From: a virus
IMG/VR virus record: IMGVR_UViG_3300033186_000013
Location: 1-64,000 of that record
Length of the DNA stretch: 64,000 bases
Reading direction: 5' to 3' (one strand)
The number at the start of each line of letters is the position of its first letter. The first letter of the stretch is position 1. Of this stretch, positions 23,572-33,018 are shown piece after piece. The notes under the pieces are model-generated. The model was not told where the DNA came from. It did not search any database and saw only the letters and a program-made list of their open reading frames with translations. The position numbers were made by a program, and so were the translations under genes.

Positions 23572-24987
23572 ATGCCTATTTCATCGCAACCGCAAAATCC
23601 GCACAGAAATACCTCGCCGAATACGGCGATTACATATACCGACCAAAACTATCGCGACCCTTTTGAAATCGCGCAGACCGTCGGAGAGAGAGCGGGATTA
23701 CCGAAGGATATGCTTGACCAAGTTCACACTCATTGTCAGGAGTTAGTGAAGGATTCTTGGTTAGGATTCCTTGATATGTTTAATATGAACATACCTTTTG
23801 AGACTGATTATATTCAGTTCGTAGAAACAACAACGCCTGATTTCGTTATCGACGATGATGGTGCTGTAACCCGAAACGGCAACGATTTCACTATTGATTG
23901 GAGTGTCGTAGAAGGTTATGAGACTGGCGAAGATGCGTGGTTCATCCGCGAAGATTTTACCGTATTGGTAACTGACGACGCAGGTGTATCGCAAATCGGA
24001 GTTATTACTGCTACCGACAAAGCAAACAACACGTTTACCGCTGTTTGTAGAGAGGCTTCGGGATGGACTGTTGACACAGCCAACCTTACTATTGATGCTG
24101 ACTTAGGTGGTGATTTCGACAAAGGTTCTTGTAGTCCAGAAGGATTGCTTGAATTGAGAAAGAAAACATCGCACGTATTGAAGTTTATCACAATGAAAGA
24201 AGCGATGCAAAGTTCAGGCGGAAATCGTTACGCTTACTGTCTCGGCAACAACGACGACGAAGTTATGTGGTACGACGACAACACTCTTGAATGTAAGAAG
24301 CGTTTGAATCGTAAGATGGCGAAGTCGTTGATGCTTGAAGTAGAATCGGAGCAAGGCTCGGACGCTTATGCAGCAGGTAAGTATGGTACTAAAGGTTTGT
24401 TCCAAAACCTTGAAGAAAATGGACTTGTTCACACAGGATACATTACAGACCTTGCTCACTTGGAAGCCATCACTACTTATTGGGATTCACTCGGATACAG
24501 AGGAAACAAAGAGTTTATCTGCCATTGCGATACTACGCAGTACCGCCACTTTGAGCAGATTGCTTCTCAATTAGCAGCGAGCCTTAACGTTGAATTGAAA
24601 TTGGTTTTAGGTAACACTCCTAATAACTTTATGGCTATCGGCTTTAACTCTATCCGTAAGGATGACTACGTTATTCACTTCTCCAAGTGGGGGCTTACAG
24701 AAGGGAATAGTCCGTTAGGTAAGAAAAGAGTTAAGGATGTTATGCCAAAAGGTATTATGATGCCTATGGGTACTGTGCCTACCAAAATCAACGGTATTGA
24801 GCGTAGAGTTCCTTACATCTTTAAAGCCTATCAGGACAAAGCCAAAATGGGTAAAGCGGGTATGATTAGAACATACCTTACAGGTGGTTTCAATGGAGAC
24901 GGAGATTGCGAATACGCAAAAATCTCTAAGTCAACTACCGTAGCGATTGCCGTTGTTTGTCCCGAAGCAATCACTATTATAAAATAG
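23572..24987 (+). CDS. putative major capsid protein
   Basis: 471 aa. It follows the scaffold-like gene and is followed by the strongest terminator in the window, an arrangement typical of abundantly expressed capsid genes. The fold is not verifiable by eye. Confidence 0.55.
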   Translation: MPISSQPQNPHRNTSPNTAITYTDQNYRDPFEIAQTVGERAGLPKDMLDQVHTHCQELVKDSWLGFLDMFNMNIPFETDYIQFVETTTPDFVIDDDGAVTRNGNDFTIDWSVVEGYETGEDAWFIREDFTVLVTDDAGVSQIGVITATDKANNTFTAVCREASGWTVDTANLTIDADLGGDFDKGSCSPEGLLELRKKTSHVLKFITMKEAMQSSGGNRYAYCLGNNDDEVMWYDDNTLECKKRLNRKMAKSLMLEVESEQGSDAYAAGKYGTKGLFQNLEENGLVHTGYITDLAHLEAITTYWDSLGYRGNKEFICHCDTTQYRHFEQIASQLAASLNVELKLVLGNTPNNFMAIGFNSIRKDDYVIHFSKWGLTEGNSPLGKKRVKDVMPKGIMMPMGTVPTKINGIERRVPYIFKAYQDKAKMGKAGMIRTYLTGGFNGDGDCEYAKISKSTTVAIAVVCPEAITIIK

Positions 24988-25015
24988 CAGCGCATCCATT
25001 CGCTACTTTTTGAGG

Positions 25016-25051
25016 CGGTGTACCGAAGTAATTTTGGTACGCCGTTTTTTT
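25016..25051 (+). terminator. rho-independent terminator after the capsid gene
   Basis: Stem CGGTGTACC(25016-25024)/GGTACGCCG(25036-25044) with one G-U pair and an 11-nt loop, followed by T7 (25045-25051). Confidence 0.75.
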
Positions 25052-25070
25052 GTACTTACAATTTAATTAC

Positions 25071-25078
25071 TATTTTTG
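25071..25078 (+). promoter_or_regulatory. consensus -7 box TATTTTTG
   Basis: Exact TAnnTTTG match preceded by ATTTAATTAC, 22 nt upstream of ATG 25101. Confidence 0.45.
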
Positions 25079-25100
25079 TTGATATTAATAGTAGTTTACA

Positions 25101-25862
25101 ATGGAAAAAATATCATTCATAACAGTTAAAAAAACAAAAAGGGTTATTGTCCGTAACCCTGTTACGGTTTATCAGAAGGTAAAGTCGGGCGCAAGAAAGG
25201 GCAAAACAAAAACACGTCAGATTAGGTACTGCCCTGACTTGGATAGTATCTATGTAGATGAACAGCGACAACTCGCCGACAAGCCCGAACAAGAGCCTGT
25301 TTACATAATGAAGGGAATCATATCAGTAGATTCCCAAATGAGCAACCTTCTCGAATTTATGCGACAACACCCTGATAATGTTGCAAATGGTGGTAGCCAG
25401 TTCAAAGAACTTGACATCGCTAAAGAAGAAAAGTTTGAGATTGAGAAATTTGAGGCTTTAGATAAGGCTCGTAGAGCCATTATGGAATCTGATGAGAACA
25501 CACTTCGTTCTATCGCTGCTTGGTTCTTAGGAGTAAACTACATCAAGAAAACAAAAGAACGCCTCAAAATCATACTTAGAACTAAGTGTGAGAATGAGCC
25601 TGACTTTGTAAGGAACTTGAATGAGTATGTTGCCTCTGATAGCAATGATGAGAAACTTATGATTACTTTGGCTCTTACCGAAGAAATCATATTTATAAAA
25701 GACGGCAAACGTGTTGCTTGGAAAGATAGCGGACACCCCATCTATCTTGCATCACAACCGCAGGACGTAATCGTGGACTTTGCTAATTGGTTAAGAACCG
25801 ATGAAGAAGGTCGCGCGACACTTAAAATAATGGTCGATAAAATCGACGCACTCAAAAAGTAA
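25101..25862 (+). CDS. hypothetical virion-module protein
   Basis: 253-aa ORF with its own promoter-like box. No motif recognised. Confidence 0.55.
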   Translation: MEKISFITVKKTKRVIVRNPVTVYQKVKSGARKGKTKTRQIRYCPDLDSIYVDEQRQLADKPEQEPVYIMKGIISVDSQMSNLLEFMRQHPDNVANGGSQFKELDIAKEEKFEIEKFEALDKARRAIMESDENTLRSIAAWFLGVNYIKKTKERLKIILRTKCENEPDFVRNLNEYVASDSNDEKLMITLALTEEIIFIKDGKRVAWKDSGHPIYLASQPQDVIVDFANWLRTDEEGRATLKIMVDKIDALKK

Positions 25863-25868
25863 TTCAAT

Positions 25869-26192
25869 ATGAAGCATTTAAAAAAGTATCAAAGCACCAA
25901 AGTTGTGGGTGCATTAAAAATTCACAGCATCACTCGTAAGGGAAGAACGAGTGGGGACGGAGTTCTAACGTTTGAAGATGAGGAAGGGAATGTTATACTG
26001 GATGAATCCAATAAGGATGAAAAAGGAAAAGCATCGCCTCTTGAAGTTTTGGTTAGAGCAACAAACCTTAAACGTCCGCCAGTAAAAGGAGACTACTATG
26101 TTGTGGATGATGATAAAAATATTTCGTTTTTATCGCCTGATGCTTTTGATAGTGAGTTTTCTTTAGTAACTTTACCTGACGAAGAAGAATAA
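25869..26192 (+). CDS. hypothetical virion-module protein
   Basis: 107-aa ORF. No motif recognised. Confidence 0.55.
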   Translation: MKHLKKYQSTKVVGALKIHSITRKGRTSGDGVLTFEDEEGNVILDESNKDEKGKASPLEVLVRATNLKRPPVKGDYYVVDDDKNISFLSPDAFDSEFSLVTLPDEEE

Positions 26193-26248
26193 TCACGATA
26201 ACACCAAGAAGAAGTTTCGTCCTTATTTCGCTGATTTAATTAGATTTC

Positions 26249-26416
26249 ACCTGTGTAAATTGAACAAGTCAAAGGATGAACGATAGAAAAGGAGTTGCTT
26301 GACACACAGGTTTCTTGCGAAGGTTAGTTAAGCAACTCAAAAATATTATCCAAGCCCGTCCTGTTCAGGATTGCCATTCGTAGAGAAGCGTTGTCATTAA
26401 TTTGGCAACGCTTTTT
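26249..26416 (+). ncRNA. candidate structured RNA (pseudoknot-capable stems plus terminal hairpin) in a 287-bp noncoding gap
   Basis: ACCTGTGT(26249-26256)/ACACAGGT(26304-26311) interleaves with GAGTTGCTT(26292-26300)/AAGCAACTC(26330-26338). A terminal hairpin AAGCGTTG(26386-26393)/CAACGCTT(26406-26413) is followed by TTT. No ORF longer than 8 codons is present. Confidence 0.35.
26386..26416 (+). terminator. weak terminator-like hairpin
   Basis: 8-bp stem and 12-nt loop. The T-run is partly inside the stem. An alternative pairing TTGCCA(26371-26376)/TGGCAA(26403-26408) would exclude it. Confidence 0.35.
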
Positions 26417-26455
26417 GGATTACTGATAACCCAATTCTGCCCTTTTTAATTTGCA

Positions 26456-26463
26456 TATATTTG
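26456..26463 (+). promoter_or_regulatory. consensus -7 box TATATTTG
   Basis: Exact TAnnTTTG match, 16 nt upstream of ATG 26480. Confidence 0.45.
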
Positions 26464-26479
26464 TTTAAAACATTATGCG

Positions 26480-27169
26480 ATGATTGATTCGATATACAAA
26501 ACGGTGCAAGCCTTATTGAATAAGGAACAACTCGGCTATCTAAAACCGATGCACTTTAATCTATTCATTGCCAACGCACAAAGACAGATATATGATGAAT
26601 ATTTGATTGACTTAAAAGTGAATCAGCGTAGAGAAAACTGGCATCTTGAAGGCAGGAATTTATCTAACTATTCTGAACACGTCAGACAGTTGGTTGAGTT
26701 CTTTTCTTTTGAGGAAACAATCGCAGTTGCATCAGGCTCTTTTGATTTGCCCGCAGACTGTGAATTTGCAGAAGATGTTTTTGATGGGGATAACAGAATT
26801 GATAAAGTGCAATACGCAGACCTATTAGACCTTAGAAGAAATATTTATGCGAAGCCAAGTTCTTGTTCTCCTGTATGTAGTTTAGTTGGCACAAAAATAA
26901 AGGTCAACCCTACTGATATTTCAGAAGTTGAACTACATTATTTACGAACACCAAAGACCCCAAAGTGGACGGGTACGGAGTTTCAGGGCAAACCTATGTT
27001 TAGCCCGACAGCATCGGATTATCAAGATATTGATATGCCTAAAAGCGCGTATGATGAGTTGATTGAGAAAACGACTGTTATGGCTGCTAAATATTTAAGA
27101 GAATTACAAATTGCTCAATTAACAAAACAAGGTGAAGCGCAGGATGCACAATCAGAAAATAGACAATAA
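26480..27169 (+). CDS. virion structural protein candidate
   Basis: 229-aa ORF in the late module. No motif recognised. Confidence 0.5.
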   Translation: MIDSIYKTVQALLNKEQLGYLKPMHFNLFIANAQRQIYDEYLIDLKVNQRRENWHLEGRNLSNYSEHVRQLVEFFSFEETIAVASGSFDLPADCEFAEDVFDGDNRIDKVQYADLLDLRRNIYAKPSSCSPVCSLVGTKIKVNPTDISEVELHYLRTPKTPKWTGTEFQGKPMFSPTASDYQDIDMPKSAYDELIEKTTVMAAKYLRELQIAQLTKQGEAQDAQSENRQ

Positions 27170-27996
27170 TGGCAACAGGAGAGACTTTAACAGACCAACA
27201 ATATTACGAGAACCCCGAACTTTGGGGAGAGGCACAGTATATAACACTAAAAAACGTTATAGACAACATAATTATTACGGCAGATGACGACAGTTACTTC
27301 AAGCACGTAAAGTATTTCAGAGCATCCATTCACGGGAAAATGGGTATCAAGAAATTAAATGTTGACCTCAAAGCAGAGAACAAGGCTATAAGTATTGAGT
27401 TGGGCGCAAATCGAACTTTCCCGTTCCCTAAGTATATGACTAATTGGAGTAGGGTTTCTGTTCTAAATAAGTGCGGAAAACTTGTTCCGTTAAACACAAA
27501 CGCAAGCCCGTTGATTAGAGATTATTTGCAAGATAATGATGCAGAGTTACTGTATGATTGCTGCGGAACAGTCCTTGAAGGTCATCCGTTTAATGCAGAG
27601 CAAGGAGATTGCTGTTATCAATTTGAATGCCCTGATGTTCATTGCGGATGTGAAGAAGAAAACTTTGACGACAGTTGGGTTAAGGAAGATAAGAAGGGCG
27701 GATACTTTGTGTTTAGCGACGACTTAGTTGATAGGCTTATCGTAATAGAATTCCAGTCAGCAGGATTAGATTCTTTAGATGACTGTGATATTAAGATAAA
27801 CCACAACCTTGAACACACAATAACCACTTATATAAAGTGGAAACTTGTTGAAGGCAAAAGGAACGTTCCGATGAATGAAGTTTTATACTGGAAGAACGAG
27901 TATAAGATAAATAAGAAAAGAAGTAAAAATTTACTCTCGGATAAAATAACATTAGACCAAATTATGAGGTCTGTATCCCTTAGATATAATGGCTAA
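27169..27996 (+). CDS. virion structural protein candidate (tail adaptor/tubular-A position)
   Basis: 275 aa. The call rests only on its position before the 1330-aa protein. Confidence 0.3.
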   Translation: MATGETLTDQQYYENPELWGEAQYITLKNVIDNIIITADDDSYFKHVKYFRASIHGKMGIKKLNVDLKAENKAISIELGANRTFPFPKYMTNWSRVSVLNKCGKLVPLNTNASPLIRDYLQDNDAELLYDCCGTVLEGHPFNAEQGDCCYQFECPDVHCGCEEENFDDSWVKEDKKGGYFVFSDDLVDRLIVIEFQSAGLDSLDDCDIKINHNLEHTITTYIKWKLVEGKRNVPMNEVLYWKNEYKINKKRSKNLLSDKITLDQIMRSVSLRYNG

Positions 27997-30900
27997 AATT
28001 AGAAACATTTTTGTTCGCGGTGTAATGGATAAAGACACCGATAGAGCCTTTATTAAGCAAGGCATACATAGAGACGCTTGGAATTTAAGATTTCATACCA
28101 ACGGTGGAGACGACGGTGTTGGCAATAATATCAAAGGAACTTTTGAAATTAGTGATGCCACAGAAGGGAGAACCGATTTAAAGTGTGTAACGGCTTTTCA
28201 TAATGAGGACTTAGATGTTATTTATTATTATCTCGCAAGCACCGCAGGTCAGTTCAGTAAGATTGTCGAATATGACATAAACAATGACACGACCACAGAC
28301 ATACTTCACGACACGTTAGGAATTCTAAACCTTGATAAAGACGGATATATTACTGGAATCAACGAGATTGATGGTCTTTTGTTTTGGTCAGAATGGGGCA
28401 GAAATCCAAGAAGGATAAATGTGGAACGGGCAAAAACCTACGGAACTAATGGGTTTTCAGAAGATGATATTACTGTTATTGTAAAACCGCCGTTCCAAAA
28501 ACTAAGGCTTACTCTCGAAAATACAGATACAGAGACGCAGCAAGAAAACAATATTGAGGAAAAGTTTTTATACTTCTCATACCGATACCGTTATTTAGAT
28601 GGTGAATATAGTGTATTAGCCCCATTTACAAAGGCAGCATTTAAGCCACGAAATTTCCAGTATGATTTTGTTGAGCAGTCAAACCGAAGTATGGTTAACA
28701 GATTCAATCAAGTATTAATTGAATTCAATACAGGAAACGAAAGAGTAACTGAAATACAACTCGTATTCACCGAGAGCGAAAGCAATGCTGTTTGGATTAT
28801 TGATGATTTTGTAAAAGCCAAACTTGGTTACGGTGATAATGAGATTCAGAGTTTCCCGTTTTTCAACAATAAAGTTCAGCGTGCTTTAAGTAGCAACGTT
28901 CTTCCTAATATGTTCGATAATGTTCCTTTAACAGCAAAGGCGCAAACCATTATCGACGGAAGGCTTATATACGCTCACTACAAAGAAAACTACAACATCA
29001 TTGATTGCGATGAGAACCCTATTGAGATTGATTATACTGTTGAACTTGATGCGCAACCAAATACCGTTCAAGAATCTCAAACGGTGTATGATGAAAACAA
29101 CAACGTTATAGGTACAGAACTCGTAGATGTTCCAAGTTTAGAGCCTTTGGAATCCTGTAAGAGCAACCGAGATTATGAAGTTGGAATTGTTTATGGGGAC
29201 GATTTCGGTAGAATCACAACTATATTAAACAGTAAAACTAATACGAGGTATATTCCTAATGAAAATAGTGTTACTGCGAACAGTCTTGATATTGTTCTAA
29301 AGCATAGACCGCCTTGTTGGGCGACATATTATCGTTTCTTTGTCAAGCAATCCAAAAAAGGATATGACCAACTTTTGCCTACATTGTTTTATGAAGATGG
29401 GGTTTTCCGTTGGGTTAAACTTGAAGGAGCGGACAGGGATAAAGTAAAGGAAGGCGACTACCTAATTGTCAAATCTGATACACAAGCACCGATAGAGCCT
29501 TTGATAAAGGTAAAGGTTCTTGAAGTTGTAGAGCAAGAGAAAAACTTTTTACAGCCTGACGATGTTGTTGATTCAATAGAAGAAAGAGCGGGCTTGTATT
29601 TCAAAATAAAGCCCGAAGGATTCCGAATTGACTTAGATGATTACGACAACTTCTTACTAAACACTTATGACACTTCTGCAAATAGACACGATAATCCTGT
29701 TTCGGGTCTTACGCAATACATTAGTGAGGCTCATTATTACGGCGACACATTGAATGATTTAACCACAGGCGGAACATATACTGGCTCGTCGGGAGAACGT
29801 TTAAGATTCCTCATTAAAATAGACGGTCTTGCCACAGGTGGCGACCCTGATACTTTTAGATGGAGTATTGATGATGGTGCTAACTGGAATCAAACTGACA
29901 TTGATATTGTTGCAGGAACGCCAGTTACTTTAATGGACGGTGTGCAAATAACTTTTGCTAACGACAACGGACATTCATTACTTGACGAGTGGAATGTAAA
30001 TGCAACTGCGCCTTTTGGCACATCGGCAAATTCAAAAGCATACGCATTCTTTCGCGTGTTCGGTCAGAACGGAGAAATACTTACCGACCCTGATGACGAG
30101 AAGATATTTGCAGGGGCAAGAATTAGATTGGTTTATGATGAATATAACGAAGGTAATACTCAATGGGAAGTAGATGTTATCGCTAATGGAAATTACGACA
30201 ACATTCAGGAGTGGTTTTACAAAGAGGATATTTTTTCCGAAATATCTCCTGCGATGACCATTGATAGAATTCGTTTTGTTCGTGGTGTCTTATATCCTGA
30301 TGGAAGTGCAAATCGAATACAACAAGATTTGACAGAAGGAATTATGACTATGGTTGTTCAGTCGAATGCGACACAGAATAACGACCTTGACGGAAGGGTT
30401 AAGGTTCGTTCTTCGTCCGAGATATTGCAGGCTGACAACAATAACAGAATTGTTTTTGAGACAGAACCAACAGACCAACCGCCTGATATTTACTTTGAGG
30501 TAGGTAAAAATTACAGAATCATAAATGGATTCCACAGCCATATAACAAATAACTTTGAGACAGAAATACCGAATACTACTGGCGACCAATCCCAAACAGC
30601 AACGCAAGACCTTCGTGTAAAGTTAGATTGGTTCAACTGTTTCAGTTATGGGAATGCCGTAGAGAGTTATAAAATAAGGGACGAGTTTAATGCCAAAGGT
30701 CTTGATGTAGGTGTTAGACCATTGAGCAACATACGAGAAGAATATAAAGAAGTTACCCGTGTTGCTGACATAACGTGGAGCGACCTTTATAATGATGACA
30801 CCGATTTCAATGGACTGAATACTTTTAATCTTTCGTTGCTGAACTTCATAAAACTTGACAAGGAAGAAGGTAGTATCCAAAAAATATTCAATGACGGAAA

Positions 30901-31981
30901 CAGGAACATCCTTGTTCTTCAAGAAGATGCGATAGGTATAATGCCATACAATAAGCAAATCATTAATGACGTAGAAGGTGGCAGAATAGTTGGTATAGCC
31001 ACAAATGTACTCAATAGAAATAGTTATCGTGAGTATGCTCGTGGCAAGCACGGAATATCAAAGAACCCTGAAAGTTTCATATCAATAGGCAGTCGAAGAT
31101 ATTTTACTGACCAACAAAGAGGTGATTTAATAAGACTGGCTAATGATGGAATTACAACCATAAATCAAAATCTATTAGAACACGAGTTTTCCAATTTGAT
31201 GTCGGCAAATAAACTGAACAAAATGGTTGGCGGGTATGACCCGAAACACGGTGAGTATATGCTTCATTTACCATCAGAAGAAGGTACGCTTACGTTTAAA
31301 GAAATAGCAAAGGGATTCCCTAATTATTTCTCGTTCCAACCTGACTTTATGCTTGGGGCTAACAATGAGTTCTATGCTTGGAAAGATGGTGTTATGTATC
31401 GAATGAATGCTACGGAAAACCGTAATGAGTTTTTCGGAGAACAATTTGACAGCAAAATAGTATTCTTTGTAAATGATTCTTTTAGCGAGGAAAAGGTTTT
31501 TAATGCTATGGGTATTGAAGGCTCTCACGCTTGGGATGTGTTTATTGAGACAAGGCTAACTTCAAGGGATATTCCAAAAGAATGTTTCACTAAACTTGAA
31601 GATTTCTTTTACTCTGAAATAATGGGTAACACTAACGGAGTTACAACTGCAAGTAGTATTTTTGGTTTAGGGGAATACGCCATTACTGGCGGAGAAATAT
31701 TCTATGATGTTCTTCCTGAATCCCTATGTGTAGGTGATTTTATAAGGAGTGCTAATCTTCTTTTTACACCAATAGAAATAACAAACATTCTTCCCGACAG
31801 GATTGTACTTGCTACGCCGTTTACCGCCGTATCATCATTCCTTATGTACGAGAAGAATCAGAATATTGATGGCAGCGACATAAGAGGCGATGTAATGCGC
31901 GTAGAAATGGTCAACAATGACACAGAAAAAATAGACCTTCGTGCTGTTAGATTTGAAGTTCAAAAATCCAATTACTCATAA
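27989..31981 (+). CDS. large virion structural protein (tail nozzle/tubular-B-like by position)
   Basis: 1330-aa uninterrupted ORF in the late module. No catalytic motif seen. The functional label is positional only. Confidence 0.35.
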   Translation: MAKIRNIFVRGVMDKDTDRAFIKQGIHRDAWNLRFHTNGGDDGVGNNIKGTFEISDATEGRTDLKCVTAFHNEDLDVIYYYLASTAGQFSKIVEYDINNDTTTDILHDTLGILNLDKDGYITGINEIDGLLFWSEWGRNPRRINVERAKTYGTNGFSEDDITVIVKPPFQKLRLTLENTDTETQQENNIEEKFLYFSYRYRYLDGEYSVLAPFTKAAFKPRNFQYDFVEQSNRSMVNRFNQVLIEFNTGNERVTEIQLVFTESESNAVWIIDDFVKAKLGYGDNEIQSFPFFNNKVQRALSSNVLPNMFDNVPLTAKAQTIIDGRLIYAHYKENYNIIDCDENPIEIDYTVELDAQPNTVQESQTVYDENNNVIGTELVDVPSLEPLESCKSNRDYEVGIVYGDDFGRITTILNSKTNTRYIPNENSVTANSLDIVLKHRPPCWATYYRFFVKQSKKGYDQLLPTLFYEDGVFRWVKLEGADRDKVKEGDYLIVKSDTQAPIEPLIKVKVLEVVEQEKNFLQPDDVVDSIEERAGLYFKIKPEGFRIDLDDYDNFLLNTYDTSANRHDNPVSGLTQYISEAHYYGDTLNDLTTGGTYTGSSGERLRFLIKIDGLATGGDPDTFRWSIDDGANWNQTDIDIVAGTPVTLMDGVQITFANDNGHSLLDEWNVNATAPFGTSANSKAYAFFRVFGQNGEILTDPDDEKIFAGARIRLVYDEYNEGNTQWEVDVIANGNYDNIQEWFYKEDIFSEISPAMTIDRIRFVRGVLYPDGSANRIQQDLTEGIMTMVVQSNATQNNDLDGRVKVRSSSEILQADNNNRIVFETEPTDQPPDIYFEVGKNYRIINGFHSHITNNFETEIPNTTGDQSQTATQDLRVKLDWFNCFSYGNAVESYKIRDEFNAKGLDVGVRPLSNIREEYKEVTRVADITWSDLYNDDTDFNGLNTFNLSLLNFIKLDKEEGSIQKIFNDGNRNILVLQEDAIGIMPYNKQIINDVEGGRIVGIATNVLNRNSYREYARGKHGISKNPESFISIGSRRYFTDQQRGDLIRLANDGITTINQNLLEHEFSNLMSANKLNKMVGGYDPKHGEYMLHLPSEEGTLTFKEIAKGFPNYFSFQPDFMLGANNEFYAWKDGVMYRMNATENRNEFFGEQFDSKIVFFVNDSFSEEKVFNAMGIEGSHAWDVFIETRLTSRDIPKECFTKLEDFFYSEIMGNTNGVTTASSIFGLGEYAITGGEIFYDVLPESLCVGDFIRSANLLFTPIEITNILPDRIVLATPFTAVSSFLMYEKNQNIDGSDIRGDVMRVEMVNNDTEKIDLRAVRFEVQKSNYS

Positions 31982-32526
31982 TGATTATAGCAAGAGACAA
32001 TTACTTAGAGGCAAACACTTTTGATGCTCTTATAGATTACTGTAAGTCTGATTTTCAGATAGTAAAAATGGGAGAAAAAGAGTTTTCTGTTCTTGAAACT
32101 CCAAAGGACTTACTGCCTTTGTTAGAGGTAGAAGGACACAATTTGATTTTGTCATTCATAAGAAGTGCGCACGAAAACTTTGATACTGATTTAAGGATAC
32201 ACGCCGACCATATAATTGAAGGAAAGAAAGCCGTTCTCGCATCAGTATTATACATAGAAGTAAAAGATAGCGGAACTGCTTTTTATTCGCATAAACAATA
32301 CGGTAGCATCCTGCCTGTTACTGTTTCAAATGAAGAATTCGATAGACTGATTATAGAGGACAGTAATGATGAATCGAAATGGATTATGACAGACTTTATT
32401 TCAGGTGTCCCAAACAGGCTTTTGATGTATGATGCTAATATGTTTCACAGCAAATACCCGAAGGTTATCAAGAACGGTGTTAGAAAAGTGTTGGTCAACT
32501 TTTATGAGAGGGCTGAAATGCCTTAA
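31981..32526 (+). CDS. 2OG-Fe(II) oxygenase-superfamily-like protein
   Basis: Contains RIHADH (H-x-D), ASVLYIEVKDSGTAFYSH, and NRLLMYDANMFHS (distal His). This fits the pattern recalled for phage and bacterial 2OG-Fe(II) oxygenase-like proteins. Confidence 0.5.
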   Translation: MIIARDNYLEANTFDALIDYCKSDFQIVKMGEKEFSVLETPKDLLPLLEVEGHNLILSFIRSAHENFDTDLRIHADHIIEGKKAVLASVLYIEVKDSGTAFYSHKQYGSILPVTVSNEEFDRLIIEDSNDESKWIMTDFISGVPNRLLMYDANMFHSKYPKVIKNGVRKVLVNFYERAEMP

Positions 32527-32932
32527 TCATTTCAGTAGCATTTCTACTACCTTCAACCCATCCGCATTCTTTGTATCTATCAATAAGGTTTTTTCTAACC
32601 AATGACGTGTATATTGCTCTCGCGCCTTGCTCTCTTGCTACATAGGAAAGCCCATTGATTAAAAGATGAATTCCTTTTTTGCGAATATCTTTGTCCTTTA
32701 TTTTGTAGGTGGACACAACCCACTCAACGTGAAACAAATACTTTGATGAAGTGGAATATAAGAATCCTGCGCAAAGAGGTTTCCCGTTGTATTCGACCAT
32801 AAGACCGTCAGAGATATTATCAGGTAATATAAATCTTGGCGGAGCAGGAAATCTATGCCATTTCCACCAATCAAGTAATGTGTCTGTATAGTCTGATTCT
32901 TTTAAATTTCTGATAGTTAATTGCGCATCCAT
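32495..32932 (-). CDS. GNAT-family N-acetyltransferase
   Basis: IRKKGIHLLINGLSYVAREQGARAIYTSLVRKNLIDRYKECGW matches the GNAT motif A / acetyl-CoA pocket pattern. It is on the minus strand and its 3' end overlaps the previous gene by 32 nt. Confidence 0.6.
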   Translation of the reverse strand: MDAQLTIRNLKESDYTDTLLDWWKWHRFPAPPRFILPDNISDGLMVEYNGKPLCAGFLYSTSSKYLFHVEWVVSTYKIKDKDIRKKGIHLLINGLSYVAREQGARAIYTSLVRKNLIDRYKECGWVEGSRNATEMIKAFQPSHKS

Positions 32933-32936
32933 ATAC

Positions 32937-32944
32937 CAAAGATA
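32937..32944 (-). promoter_or_regulatory. consensus -7 box on the minus strand (TATCTTTG)
   Basis: The reverse complement of CAAAGATA matches TAnnTTTG. It lies only 4 nt upstream of the GNAT start codon. Confidence 0.3.
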
Positions 32945-32986
32945 ATGATATTACCATTATTATAAGGACAATGCTTTTCAAATATC

Positions 32987-32994
32987 TATATTTG
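32987..32994 (+). promoter_or_regulatory. consensus -7 box TATATTTG
   Basis: Exact TAnnTTTG match, 24 nt upstream of ATG 33019. Confidence 0.45.
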
Positions 32995-33018
32995 TGATAA
33001 TGATTAATTATTCGTAAT

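Noticed and set aside
26193-26479. A tRNA or tmRNA-like gene in the largest noncoding gaps (26193-26479, also 1222-1381 and 22110-22293).
   Set aside because: No cloverleaf could be drawn. There is no GTTCGAATC-type T-loop, no 7-bp acceptor pairing and no anticodon arm at the proper spacing.
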